A DNA stretch of 63,967 nucleotides, filler included, from Candidatus Methanoxibalbensis ujae (GCA_026134085.1; 3 parts of 3 records of this genome joined end to end with filler, not necessarily neighbours in it), one strand, 5' to 3'. Counted from the first letter of the whole stretch, positions 41,368-51,403 are shown. Translations and numbers: made by a program. The notes: generated by a model from the sequence alone, not told the origin.

Positions 41368-43152
41368 ATGGAGGATGAGGAGAGGAAGGGGAGGAAGATA
41401 AAGGTGTTATATGTGGATGATGAGGAGGGGGCAATACATGTGACGAACATATTTTTGAAGCGTATGGGATACGACAACATAGAAATAACACCCGCACTAT
41501 CGGCGAAACAGGGCTTAGAGTTGCTAAAGGATTGTGATTTTGATGTGATTATTTCTGATTATATGATGCCTGATATGAGTGGAATAGAGTTTTTGGAGGA
41601 AGTGAGGCGAAGAGGCATAAAAACCCCATTCATTATATTCACGGGAAGGGGTGAAGAGCGAGTTGCGATGGAAGCACTGAACAAAGGAGCGAACAGATAT
41701 GTGCGAAAGGACAGGAAGCCATCTGAGGTGTTTGAGGAGCTTGCTCGCTACATCGTTGAATTAGCGGAGGAGAAAAGGAGGGAAGAAGAAAAGGAGCGGG
41801 AGCTGCGCAGATTCAAGGAAGGACATCCTTTCATTGTTGCACTTTACGATGACGACTGGCGCTTGCGGAAGTGCGCTGCGGATGCTCTCGGAAAATTGAA
41901 AGACGCTCAGGCGGTAGAACCTCTTTCAGAAGTTTTGCTCAAAGATGAGGATGCGGATGTCCGTGCAAGTGCTGCTCAGGCGCTTGGCGAGATAGGAGAT
42001 GCGAAGGCGGTTGAAAAACTCATAAAAGCACTGAACGATGAGGACAGAGGCGTGCGTGAGAAGGCTGTCGCCGCTCTCGGAAAGATGGGGATGGATGCTT
42101 TTGAGCCACTTGTTCAGGCGTTAAGCGCTAAGAAGGCGAGAGTGAGGAAGGGTGCTGCTCTCGCTCTCGGAAATCTACGCATGAAGGATGCAATAGAACC
42201 TCTCACAAAAGCACTGCACGACAAGAATTTTGAGGTGCGCTGGTGTGCCGCACAGGCTCTCGCAAATATAGGAGCATTTGAGCCGTTAATTGAAGCGTCA
42301 AAAGAAGAGGACGAAGAAGTGCGCTGGTGTGCGGTCTCCGCTCTCGGAAAATTGAAGGATGAGCGTGCCGTTAAGCATCTCATTTCTCTGCTTGACGACC
42401 CTTCGGAGAAGGTTCGTGCGAGTGCTGCTTGGGCGCTCGGCGAGATAGGAGATGCAAGTGCAGTTGAAAAACTCATAAAAGCACTCGGAGACGCATCTCG
42501 TTTTGTCGTTGAGAGTGCGAAAGAAGCTCTTCTTAAAATCGGAATTTCGGCTGTTCCACACTTAATAAAAGCGTTGAAAGAGGATAAATTGCAGAAGAAA
42601 GTGGTGGAAATACTTTCTAAGATTGAGGGAGAGGGAGTTAAAGAGTATCTTATTCGTGCTTTAAGCGATAAAAACAAGAAAATTCGCATCGGCGCCGCTC
42701 TTGCTCTCGCAAAGCGGGGAGAAGAGGGTGCAGAGTCCGCAATATCAAAGGCACTCGCATCCGAAGAGGATATTGAGGTGCAACACGCTTTTGAGGAGGC
42801 GTTAGAGGAGGTTAGGAGGAGGAAGAGAGAGAAAGCAGGGAGGATTCCTTATGCAAAGCGCCTCGCTGAAGAGGTTAAGAAGAGGATGAAGGAGAAGGAA
42901 GGCGATTTTTCAATGCTGATGAGTGGTGTGGTGAGTGGAATGGAAAGCGTAGAAGGGGGAGAAGAAATACATAAAAAGGCATTAAATCCATCTCAAGTGC
43001 GAATATTGAGGAATTTGCTGGCAAAAGGCTTCACAGAAGAGGATATAGCGAAGAAAATGGGCATTCCTCATAAGGTAATTGCCGATTTCTTGAAAGAAGA
43101 GAGGCGAAGAAAAGTGGGAAAAATGCTCCACATTCACAAAAAGAAAATTTGA
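41368..43152 (+). CDS. response-regulator receiver + HEAT/PBS-lyase repeats + C-terminal HTH
   Basis: VLYVDDE, ISDYMMPDMSG and FTGRG; about ten VRxxAAxALG repeats; GFTEEDIAKKMGIPHKVI. Confidence 0.88.
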   Translation: MEDEERKGRKIKVLYVDDEEGAIHVTNIFLKRMGYDNIEITPALSAKQGLELLKDCDFDVIISDYMMPDMSGIEFLEEVRRRGIKTPFIIFTGRGEERVAMEALNKGANRYVRKDRKPSEVFEELARYIVELAEEKRREEEKERELRRFKEGHPFIVALYDDDWRLRKCAADALGKLKDAQAVEPLSEVLLKDEDADVRASAAQALGEIGDAKAVEKLIKALNDEDRGVREKAVAALGKMGMDAFEPLVQALSAKKARVRKGAALALGNLRMKDAIEPLTKALHDKNFEVRWCAAQALANIGAFEPLIEASKEEDEEVRWCAVSALGKLKDERAVKHLISLLDDPSEKVRASAAWALGEIGDASAVEKLIKALGDASRFVVESAKEALLKIGISAVPHLIKALKEDKLQKKVVEILSKIEGEGVKEYLIRALSDKNKKIRIGAALALAKRGEEGAESAISKALASEEDIEVQHAFEEALEEVRRRKREKAGRIPYAKRLAEEVKKRMKEKEGDFSMLMSGVVSGMESVEGGEEIHKKALNPSQVRILRNLLAKGFTEEDIAKKMGIPHKVIADFLKEERRRKVGKMLHIHKKKI

Positions 43153-43547
43153 TTTGCCCTTGCACTGTCTTCGTTCCCACCTCCTCTCTGCTCACTGCTC
43201 GCCCCTCTCTTACTTATGCTCACATTTCGCTCTCTACGCAGCATTTGCTTCTCGCCGCCGTTGTCGTTGTTGTCGTCGTTGGAGCGGGAGCGTGAAGAGG
43301 CAGAAGGGTATCTTCGCTTTGAATGCGGGGATGAGTGAGCCAAATAAAAGTGGAAAAGCAGAGATTTTGCAAATATAGGGCAAATAGTTGCAAGTTTTTG
43401 AAAGTTATTTGGATAAAAATATTTAACACTTAAGTTAATGAAAGCATCATAGTATTGCATTTGTATTATTTAAGGCAAAGGAAGTGCGGGAGGAAAGAAA
43501 AGCAATAGTATTTATATAATTTTATTTCGGGATTTTCTTACAGACAG

Positions 43548-43913
43548 ATGAAGGAGAATAGGACATTAAAGGGCGAAGGGGACTACTATATCAGCAGAAT
43601 GCTCCTCTTTTTCATCCCGTATTTCGTATTTAATATGCTTGATTTGGTCACGACGAAAATTGCGTTAGCGACAGCAGGCGTGAGGGAACTAAATCCATTT
43701 TACCACTTATTTCCGTTTGCAGAGCATTTTAAGATATTTGCACCACTCATTCTGTTCTCTTTGTATGTCCTCTTATACATATTTAGCAGGACGGAAGAGG
43801 GTAAAAAGGCGATAGGAGAGAGCAGTTTGCGATGCTTAATGGCTTTATCGTTCTTATATTTCATTATTTGCATCAATAATTTGTGTCAATGGTGGCTCGC
43901 AATGGAAAAATGA
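43548..43913 (+). CDS. small membrane protein (DUF5658-like)
   Basis: FNMLDLVTT..GVRELNP motif; three hydrophobic segments. Confidence 0.7.
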   Translation: MKENRTLKGEGDYYISRMLLFFIPYFVFNMLDLVTTKIALATAGVRELNPFYHLFPFAEHFKIFAPLILFSLYVLLYIFSRTEEGKKAIGESSLRCLMALSFLYFIICINNLCQWWLAMEK

Positions 43914-43938
43914 GCCATGCATGGAGGAAAGCGAGGAA

Positions 43939-44039
43939 AAGCAGATGTGTGTTTAAAGAGATGTGAAGAGATTCGCATTCGCCCTGTTAATACCGAGATG
44001 TGACCCCAAGCAGATGTGTGTTTAAAGAGATGTGAAGAG
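43939..44039. repeat. two exact 32-bp direct repeats separated by 37 bp
   Basis: AAGCAGATGTGTGTTTAAAGAGATGTGAAGAG at 43939-43970 and 44008-44039. Confidence 0.9.
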
Positions 44040-44124
44040 GGGCAAAAATTTTTCAAATGTCTTCAATTTGATTTTCAAATCGGGTAATTTTATAAATTTT
44101 CGTGAGAATAAGGATGTGAGGGGG

Positions 44125-45720
44125 ATGGTGGGGCGTTCATTCTTGCTATTATTCTGTGCTGTGCTACTGGTATTGAGCGTTATTTTCACAGTTTCTTCGG
44201 GACAGCATCCACTGAAGAAGGACTCTGATGGCGACGGCATCCCCGATGGCTGGGAACTTGAGCATGGACTTGACCCTAACGACGCTTCAGATGCCTCAAA
44301 GGATTACAACTACAACGGCTTGACGAACTTGGAGGAATACAAGCGTGAATATGTCCCTTTTGACCCTGACACCGACGACGATGGCATCTCAAATTTTGCT
44401 GAAACGACGGGAATGTTCGGCTTTCGCACCGACCCGCTCTCTGACGACACGGATGGCGACGGCTTAAGCGACCTTGACGAGATTATTGCATACATTGACA
44501 CTGGAAATGAGACGCAAATGAGCGAAATTAAACCTGAAGAGAACGACAGGGATAAAGTTCGCAGCGAAATTGTAGAGCGGAGCGGTAAAATACCCTCGCT
44601 TTACAGGCTTGACCCCACGAATTCTGACACAGACGGCGACGGTCTGAGCGACGGCGACGAGATTTCAGCAAAGACAAATCCCACTGTGAAGGACAGCGAC
44701 GGCGACGGTCTGAGCGACGGCGAAGAGGTCAGTATCTACGGAACAAACCCTGCGGAAGCAGACAGCGACGGCGACGGTCTCTTGGACTCTGAGGAGATTT
44801 ACGGCACTTACGGCGTTCGCACAGACCCTAAGAAAGCGGACACCGACGGAGATGGCATCCCTGACAAAGAGGAAGTTCTCGGTTTTGAAAATGCGCCGAT
44901 TCCGCCGAGCAGATACGCCCTCTCTTTTGAAGAATTCCTCAGTAGCAGTGCTTACACAAACGAAACAATCACATTGAAGGGTAAAATAGATAAGATTCTG
45001 CATAATAGTGGGCTTGATAATTACTCAATTCTGCTCAAATCTCCCAACGAGACATTTGAATTAGGAGTAGTGAAAAAGGTGATTGTGAGGGTTGAAAGTC
45101 CGTGGCATTATGACATATATCACGATTTCGTGCATGTAGATGACCGTTTTCACCTCGCTCTCAGAGAAGGCGATACGATTTTCGTCGTTGGTGTTGCAAA
45201 ACCCTTGCGGGGAAGCATTCGTGAGATTTTCGTTGGCAGTGAAGGTGCAATCTACTTGGTGCTTTCGCCTGAAGAGATGATAGAACGCTGGCAACCCTCC
45301 AGAGATCATGTGAAAGTGATGCGTGTATTTGTATCCTCCTCTCCCTCCCCCTCCCCTTCGCCACCTACGACTCCCTCGCCTACTTCGCCTTCCTCGTCTC
45401 CCTCGCCAAATCCACCGAATCAAACCACCTCTCCCTCCACCTCTAACGCCTCCACATCAATCTCTCGCTCGCCATCCCCCTCAAATGCCTCTCAAGCGTC
45501 CTATACCACCGAAAACGCATCTGCGCAAGCCACTGCGGAGGGGTTTTCCGCTCTCAATTTCTTCTTTCTCTTTCTGCTCTTCGCCGTTTGCTGTGCCGCC
45601 ACTGCGGTGTTTTTCATTCGTCGTCGGCGAGGCTCGGAAGCGGAAGCGAGAGTGGCTAAAGAAGGCGTTGCGGAAGGTGCAGAAGGGAGAGGAGGCGGTG
45701 TTAGGAAGGAATGGATTTAA
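44125..45720 (+). CDS. surface protein with Ca-binding DxDGDG (TSP3-like) repeats, Ser/Pro linker and C-terminal TM anchor
   Basis: Signal peptide, about eight D(S/T)DGDGL(S)D repeats, SPSP linker, then EGF + TM + RRRR. Confidence 0.82.
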   Translation: MVGRSFLLLFCAVLLVLSVIFTVSSGQHPLKKDSDGDGIPDGWELEHGLDPNDASDASKDYNYNGLTNLEEYKREYVPFDPDTDDDGISNFAETTGMFGFRTDPLSDDTDGDGLSDLDEIIAYIDTGNETQMSEIKPEENDRDKVRSEIVERSGKIPSLYRLDPTNSDTDGDGLSDGDEISAKTNPTVKDSDGDGLSDGEEVSIYGTNPAEADSDGDGLLDSEEIYGTYGVRTDPKKADTDGDGIPDKEEVLGFENAPIPPSRYALSFEEFLSSSAYTNETITLKGKIDKILHNSGLDNYSILLKSPNETFELGVVKKVIVRVESPWHYDIYHDFVHVDDRFHLALREGDTIFVVGVAKPLRGSIREIFVGSEGAIYLVLSPEEMIERWQPSRDHVKVMRVFVSSSPSPSPSPPTTPSPTSPSSSPSPNPPNQTTSPSTSNASTSISRSPSPSNASQASYTTENASAQATAEGFSALNFFFLFLLFAVCCAATAVFFIRRRRGSEAEARVAKEGVAEGAEGRGGGVRKEWI

Positions 45721-45746
45721 TCTGTGTTGGAGGAGGAAAAGGATAA

Positions 45747-46616
45747 ATGAGATTTCGCATCGTCGGCGAGGACATTTGGAGGGAGGGAAAGTTAGTTCTT
45801 GAAAATAATACATTATTTTTCTATGAAATGAAATCAAAGCAAAAGAAGGGATTATTTGGAAAGATTAGAAGTGAAAAAAAGGGGGAAGAAGCCCTAAAAA
45901 TCAATATAAGCAGTATAAAAGATGTGAAGAGAGTAAGTGAGGAGGAGTTAATATTGGGTTATGAAAGTGAGTTTTCAGGTGAAGAAGGCTCTCAGCTTGC
46001 TTATGTTCAAGTTCAGATGCGAGCTGAAGCGATAAATGACTTTGAGCGTGAGATACTCATGCGAATGAATGCAAAGGAATTCAGCGTTTTCTTCGCACCA
46101 TCGCTCACAAAGGAAATGAGACTGCGTAAGGGCATACTGAAGCTCTCGCCTTTCGCACTGTGGCTCATAGACAGAGAGGGTCAAAAGCGAATAGAATGGG
46201 ATGTTGTTGTGAATGTTGAGGAGAAGAAGAGGGGCAAATATAAGGGAGTAGAATATGCCGCTATTTCAATAGAATATATTGACGAGGACTCAAAGGTTAA
46301 ATCCTCACTAATCATATCAAAAGGAGACATAATAAGCACTTTGAAGAAGGAAATTGGTGAAATATTGAGCAAATACAGCGTTGAGAAGGACATTTCAGAC
46401 ATTGAAAATCAGATTCTCGCACTCATTTATGCGGGTGCGTTTGACTTCACGGAAATTGAGAAAATGGCATCATCCTTCGGCATAAGCGAGGAAGAGATGA
46501 GGCGTTATTTGGAGCATTTGAGCGAGATAGGAATGCTTGAAGATGCGAATGGAGGTAAAAGACTCACGAAAAGGGGCATTAGATATATGATGAGCATGTC
46601 AAAAGGTGGTAAATAG
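45747..46616 (+). CDS. CheF-like chemotaxis-to-archaellum adaptor
   Basis: Two PH-like halves and a C-terminal wHTH (IENQILALIY..GISEEEM..LTKRG) as in DUF439/CheF; close to the arl cluster. Confidence 0.6.
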   Translation: MRFRIVGEDIWREGKLVLENNTLFFYEMKSKQKKGLFGKIRSEKKGEEALKINISSIKDVKRVSEEELILGYESEFSGEEGSQLAYVQVQMRAEAINDFEREILMRMNAKEFSVFFAPSLTKEMRLRKGILKLSPFALWLIDREGQKRIEWDVVVNVEEKKRGKYKGVEYAAISIEYIDEDSKVKSSLIISKGDIISTLKKEIGEILSKYSVEKDISDIENQILALIYAGAFDFTEIEKMASSFGISEEEMRRYLEHLSEIGMLEDANGGKRLTKRGIRYMMSMSKGGK

Positions 46617-46766
46617 TGTGGAAATATTTTTGAATAACGGTTATTTAGTTAATTTCCCTGTATGGAAAATCTTTTTAAGTCTTGCGAAGTAGAGGAGCGA
46701 AGGTCGGCTTGCTGGAGATAGCTAAGGGGCAAATGCAAAAGCGGTAAAAGGAGAAGGTGGCGAGGG

Positions 46767-47312
46767 ATGAGGCGGCTTGCGGTGATTCCGGAGCGGTGTT
46801 CAGGCTGCCGTCTCTGCGAGCTTGCATGCTCTTTGGAGAAGTTTGGCGTGCTGAATCCGAAGAAGGCGGCGCTGAGAGTAATTTCAATTTATCCGCAGCC
46901 TGTCGTGAGGATGCCCGTGTTCTGCAGGCAGTGCAAATCGCCGAAATGCATGGCGAACTGCCCTTCAGAGGCGATTCGTATTAATGACGGTAGTGGCGTT
47001 GTCATTATAGACAAGGAGAGATGTTCCGCCTGCTACAATTGTGTAGTATCGTGTCCTTTTGGTGCGATTTTCGTGCATCCTGAGGTGGATGAGCCGATAA
47101 AGTGTGATTTATGCGGTCAAAATCCAAAATGTGTGGAAGTTTGCCCGACGAATGCACTTGTTTTCGTGCCTGAACACCTCCTGGGGCAAGCTCAGAGGGT
47201 GGGAAGCGTCTTAAGATATGCTCACATGGAAGAAATGGAATACGAGGTCGGAAGGGAAAAGAAGCGTTTGCGTTATGCTGACATCGGTAACACACGATTG
47301 GAGGAAGAATAA
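46767..47312 (+). CDS. 4x[4Fe-4S] ferredoxin-like (DmsB/CooF-type) subunit
   Basis: CSGCRLCELAC, CRQCKSPKCMANCP, CSACYNCVVSCP and KCDLC..PKCVEVCP. Confidence 0.9.
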   Translation: MRRLAVIPERCSGCRLCELACSLEKFGVLNPKKAALRVISIYPQPVVRMPVFCRQCKSPKCMANCPSEAIRINDGSGVVIIDKERCSACYNCVVSCPFGAIFVHPEVDEPIKCDLCGQNPKCVEVCPTNALVFVPEHLLGQAQRVGSVLRYAHMEEMEYEVGREKKRLRYADIGNTRLEEE

Positions 47313-47313
47313 T

Positions 47314-47862
47314 TCAATTCAGTGAAACCTTTTCCAAGCTCACGGCGTCGCTGAGACCTTTGAGCAACACACCGCCTTTGTAAGCGAGGATTTCAACGCC
47401 GTTGAACTCTGAAGGGGAGCAGAGCAAGTGCTGTTCGGGATGCGTCCCTGGCGTGATTTCGCAGCTTAAAACGATTCGCCTTCCAACAGATACAACTGTT
47501 CTGAGGCGTTTCGTTGCTGGATGCCCCTTCGGAAGCACAATTAACGGCGAATTCAACTCACGAAGCATGAAAATAACGCATTTCAGACCTCGCAGTAATG
47601 CATTCTCCGCTGCACGCTCCTTTACTTCACTCTCACCGCTGTTTCCACCGTTTTCGCTGCTACTGCTTTTACTATCGCTTTTCAAAGAGGCGTAGAAGCC
47701 AGAGGCAACAATTAAGTCCTCTGGAGAGGCGAAGAGAAAAATCTCCTTTTCAGGCGTCTCTACCAGAAATTCCCGCTGCGTGCCGACCTTCGCAATCGCA
47801 AGCACACCCGCTTTCCCCTTCACAAACAAAATCTCATCCGCACCGAGAGGAATTTTCCTCAC
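47314..47862 (-). CDS. hypothetical protein
   Basis: 182-aa ORF with coding-like composition; no family recognised. Confidence 0.6.
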   Translation of the reverse strand: MRKIPLGADEILFVKGKAGVLAIAKVGTQREFLVETPEKEIFLFASPEDLIVASGFYASLKSDSKSSSSENGGNSGESEVKERAAENALLRGLKCVIFMLRELNSPLIVLPKGHPATKRLRTVVSVGRRIVLSCEITPGTHPEQHLLCSPSEFNGVEILAYKGGVLLKGLSDAVSLEKVSLN

Positions 47863-47947
47863 CGTTTTCGCCGTCGTTTCTCCTCACTCGCCTCCTCCTG
47901 CTTGCTCTCTACCGCTTTTTGCTCACTCATGCTCACGCTCCTCATGC

Positions 47948-48100
47948 TCACGCTCGCACCACATTCGGGGACTTGCATGCAGGGCACTTGAAAGCCTCGC
48001 CTATCGCCTCAAACACATTCCCGCAGTCCTTGCACTTGTATTTCACCGCCTCTAACTCCTCAACCTCCAAATTGAAGTCTCCTCCCCCGACGCTGCACAT
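47948..48100 (-). CDS. 50-aa zinc-ribbon protein (not in the ORF track)
   Basis: MCSVGGGDFNLEVEELEAVKYKCKDCGNVFEAIGEAFKCPACKSPNVVRA; GAGGAGG RBS. Confidence 0.75.
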   Translation of the reverse strand: MCSVGGGDFNLEVEELEAVKYKCKDCGNVFEAIGEAFKCPACKSPNVVRA

Positions 48101-48218
48101 TCCTCCTCACCATTCTTGAGTAAGAGGCAGGAATATAAAAAATATGTCAGTGCGGGACACAAGGGAGAAGCGGGAGAAATTGAAAAAGAAGCTACTGAGG
48201 AATGAGCAATTCAAGCGT

Positions 48219-49970
48219 TCATTCAACCTTTTTCAATTGAGATTTATACATTTCAACGATTTCCTCAACGGTAGTAGCGTCTTCAGGCGACTTATCAAAC
48301 CTCCATCTGCCCGTGAATCTCGGAAATCTGACTGCGATGCCCGCACCTTCTCGTATTTTACCGAATGCGGTTGTGTGAACGGGACTCAATGTCAGCTCGT
48401 CGCCTATTATTTCCATCACTACACTCGGCGTGAACCAAACATCCGCCTCTATTTCGCTCTTCACTCTCGGATGCACATGCTCAATCTCGTAAGGTGAAAG
48501 CATTTTCGGCAGATTCTCCAAATCCTCGTCCTTGAAACCGCTGCCAACCTTTGAAATTGTCGTGAAAACATCGTTCTCTTTGTCGTAAACGGCGGCAAGT
48601 AAAGCACCGTAACTGCCTGAACGGCGACCTCTGCCGTGAAATGCGCCAACGACAACAACATCTATCGGCTCAACCATCTTTGACTGGTAACTTCGCTTCA
48701 ACTTTATCCAGAGCCAGCCACGAGCTCCCGCTTGGTAGACGCCGTTCAACGCCTTCAGGATGAGACCTTCGCATCCCGCTTCTATCGCATGCTCAAAAAA
48801 TCGCTCCACTTCGCTCAAATCTGATGTGCGAAGCATTTCAGTGAGCCTTATTCTTTCGTCGCAAAGCACGATTTCCTCAAGTTTCTTCCTTCTAACGATG
48901 TATTCTTGCTGCGTAAGGTCTTCTCCGTCCATGTAAAGGACATCAAAAAGGAACAAACTCACGGGAAATTTTTTGGCAGCGTCCTCAACGCCATACTTGC
49001 GACGGCGATGCATTAGTTCTTGAAATGGAAGCAGCTCGCCAGTGTCGGGATGCACTGCGACGCACTCGCCCTCAATAATCGCCTCGTTGCACTGCACATG
49101 CTCCCTCACGGTAGCACAAACATCAGGATATTGCTCAGTTATGTTTTCAAGCCGTCTTGAGAATAGAATGACCTCTTTCCCTTTCTTGTGAATCTGAATG
49201 CGTTCCCCGTCATACTTCCACTCGCAAGCAGCCTCGCCACCCAATTTATTCAAAATTTCATCCGCAGATGCCAAGCGTTGTGCGAGCATCATCCTTATCG
49301 GTCTTCCCACCCGTATTTTGTAGTTTTTTATGCCTTCTAAGCCTGAAGTTGCAAGAGTTTTCGCAACATCTCCCAAATCTGAACTCGTGTTGTATGCTCG
49401 CTCTATGTGTTTTCTGTTTTCCTTTTCACCTGTGTATGCGATTGCGAGCGCATCAAGTATTGTCATATCCGCAATTCCGAGCCGCATTTTTCCTGTTACC
49501 GTTCTGACGATGAACTTCGCCTCTTTCGGATTTGCGTCCGAGAGTAAGCCCGCAAGCAACCCTATTTTCGCCTCTTGACTCCTTGCGCCTGAAGCCCTCG
49601 CTATTTCATCAAGCGTCTCATGCACTCGCTCAACCGTCAGCGGAGCGGATGCCAAAACTGCTTGCGTTCTTTTCGCTGCGAGCTCTTTCGCAACCGTCCC
49701 CAAGTCGCCGAGTCGCTTGAAATCACGAAGCACTTCGTTCTTATCAACGCCGTAAGCCTGCGAAATCGCTTTTATCGCCAATTTCTCCGCTATTCCGAGC
49801 TTTATTCCGACAAAATCGGGATAAATCTTCCCTTGAATCAGGTAAATTACCTTGTCTATGAGCTCAGCAGGCGTCTTCTTGAATAGTTTCACAAGCAAAT
49901 CCGTCATCTCCAGACGCTTCGTCGTCGCTTCTATCTCCTCGCAGACTTCCACAAGCTCCGAATACCTCAT
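48219..49970 (-). CDS. lig: ATP-dependent DNA ligase
   Basis: EWKYDGERIQIH, FSRRLE, EGE, FDVLY, EGLILK, YQAGARGWLWIKLK and RFPRF. Confidence 0.97.
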   Translation of the reverse strand: MRYSELVEVCEEIEATTKRLEMTDLLVKLFKKTPAELIDKVIYLIQGKIYPDFVGIKLGIAEKLAIKAISQAYGVDKNEVLRDFKRLGDLGTVAKELAAKRTQAVLASAPLTVERVHETLDEIARASGARSQEAKIGLLAGLLSDANPKEAKFIVRTVTGKMRLGIADMTILDALAIAYTGEKENRKHIERAYNTSSDLGDVAKTLATSGLEGIKNYKIRVGRPIRMMLAQRLASADEILNKLGGEAACEWKYDGERIQIHKKGKEVILFSRRLENITEQYPDVCATVREHVQCNEAIIEGECVAVHPDTGELLPFQELMHRRRKYGVEDAAKKFPVSLFLFDVLYMDGEDLTQQEYIVRRKKLEEIVLCDERIRLTEMLRTSDLSEVERFFEHAIEAGCEGLILKALNGVYQAGARGWLWIKLKRSYQSKMVEPIDVVVVGAFHGRGRRSGSYGALLAAVYDKENDVFTTISKVGSGFKDEDLENLPKMLSPYEIEHVHPRVKSEIEADVWFTPSVVMEIIGDELTLSPVHTTAFGKIREGAGIAVRFPRFTGRWRFDKSPEDATTVEEIVEMYKSQLKKVE

Positions 49971-50129
49971 CTTATTTTATTTTAGCACAGAAATTAAAAC
50001 GCTTTTCCTTAAGGCGAGAGCGGTGCAAGCGCAGAGTGCGAGAGAGAGGTTGGGGGTGTAAAAGTAAAAGCGGGAGTAAGTAGAGGCGTGTGAGTTTGTG
50101 GTGTGTGGTGCTGGGAAGAGGTGGTGCTT

Positions 50130-50624
50130 GTGCATAAAGTTGAGAAGCTCAGCAGGAAGGACGCAGCGGAGATTTCCCGTGTCTACTGTGAGGTCTGGCC
50201 GAGGGCATACGAGTATCCTGAGGAGTGGCGTCGTAAGCGTGCGATGAGCGAGGAGGAAGTTTTGCGTGAGATGGACGCTGGCTATTCCTTCTTCGGCGTT
50301 CGCATCGCTGGAAAACTCGTCGGCGTCTACAAGCTCTCTTTCACGCCCGAAGGCAACATCTTCGGCGAGCAGCTCGCTGTTCTGCCTGAACACAGAAATC
50401 AAGGCGTCGCAAACGCCCTTTACGAACACTTCATCGCTCTCGCAAAAAAGCTCAAATGCAAAGGCATCGTGAATATCCTCGTAGGACACAAGGTCTGCGA
50501 GCGCGTCATTCAAAAATACGGCTTCAAAAAGGTCGGAGCTCCCTGGGAGCAAAGCAAAGGCATGCTCGTCCAGACATGCGAAGTGGATTTCTCACCGCAG
50601 ACAGAGAAGCGAAAAGGCGAATAG
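50130..50624 (+). CDS. GNAT family N-acetyltransferase (copy 2)
   Basis: Collinear with 9455-9937; GAGGTGG RBS before GTG 50130. Confidence 0.85.
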   Translation: MHKVEKLSRKDAAEISRVYCEVWPRAYEYPEEWRRKRAMSEEEVLREMDAGYSFFGVRIAGKLVGVYKLSFTPEGNIFGEQLAVLPEHRNQGVANALYEHFIALAKKLKCKGIVNILVGHKVCERVIQKYGFKKVGAPWEQSKGMLVQTCEVDFSPQTEKRKGE

Positions 50625-50661
50625 GCGAAAAGACGGAATTGTGAAAATGAACTGCGAAAAC

Positions 50662-51113
50662 TCATTGTAATAATTTTCTCCATCTTTTCAATATTCTTGA
50701 AAGTAAATGATTGAAAATAAGCGATTTCTTACCGTAGATGCTCACTTCTCGCCTCAATACCGCCTCCCTTAAATCCCAAATATCATCAACATCCGCAGAA
50801 ACGAATGCATTCCCGATTTCATTTGCGGTGTGTGCGTCGCTTCCCGCTGTCATTCCCAAGTTATGCGAATTTGCGAATTCCAACGCTTTCTCGTTGAACT
50901 TTCGGAGGATGCATCTTGAATTGAACACTTCAACACAATCAAAGAGTGAAGCATCATCACTCGTAGGGTGTAAAGCACTCCCTCTTAAATCATCAAAAGG
51001 ATGCGGAACTACAACTATGCCATTTTGAGCTTTTATTTCATCAATAACTCGCTCAAAATTCGTTGATTTCACCTCTTCTTCAAGAAATAATCGGATTATT
51101 TCTTGAAGAAGAG
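50662..51113 (-). CDS. PHP-family phosphoesterase, 5'-truncated by the contig end
   Basis: VVPHPFD, VEVFNSR and AGSDAH..EIG. Confidence 0.85.
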
Positions 51114-51213
51114 NNNNNNNNNNNNNNNNNNNNNNNNNNNNNNNNNNNNNNNNNNNNTTAATTAATTAANNNNNNNNNNNNNNNNNNNNNNNNNNNNNNN
51201 NNNNNNNNNNNNN
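51114..51213. other. artificial contig spacer
   Basis: Same N44-TTAATTAATTAA-N44 structure as the first spacer. Confidence 0.98.
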
Positions 51214-51403
51214 AGTGCTCCTGCTTCGCCTTCATAGATATGTATGTCACCATATATCATATATAAATCACACACCTCCCCCGCTCTACCTTCAAAAGGG
51301 CAGCAACAGTTAATGATAAAAATGAGATTGACATGTGAAAGATGAGAATGAGATTGACATGGGCGTCGCTGGGCTTTTGATGCGCTGAAACAGGTGAGAG
51401 GTT

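Noticed and set aside
51073..51113. Perfect 20-bp inverted repeat at the contig end as a hairpin telomere or element terminus
   Set aside because: It lies inside the PHP gene at a natural near-palindrome (the + strand reads EIIGLFLEEE, the expected PHP sequence); a fold-back assembly/amplification artefact is more likely.
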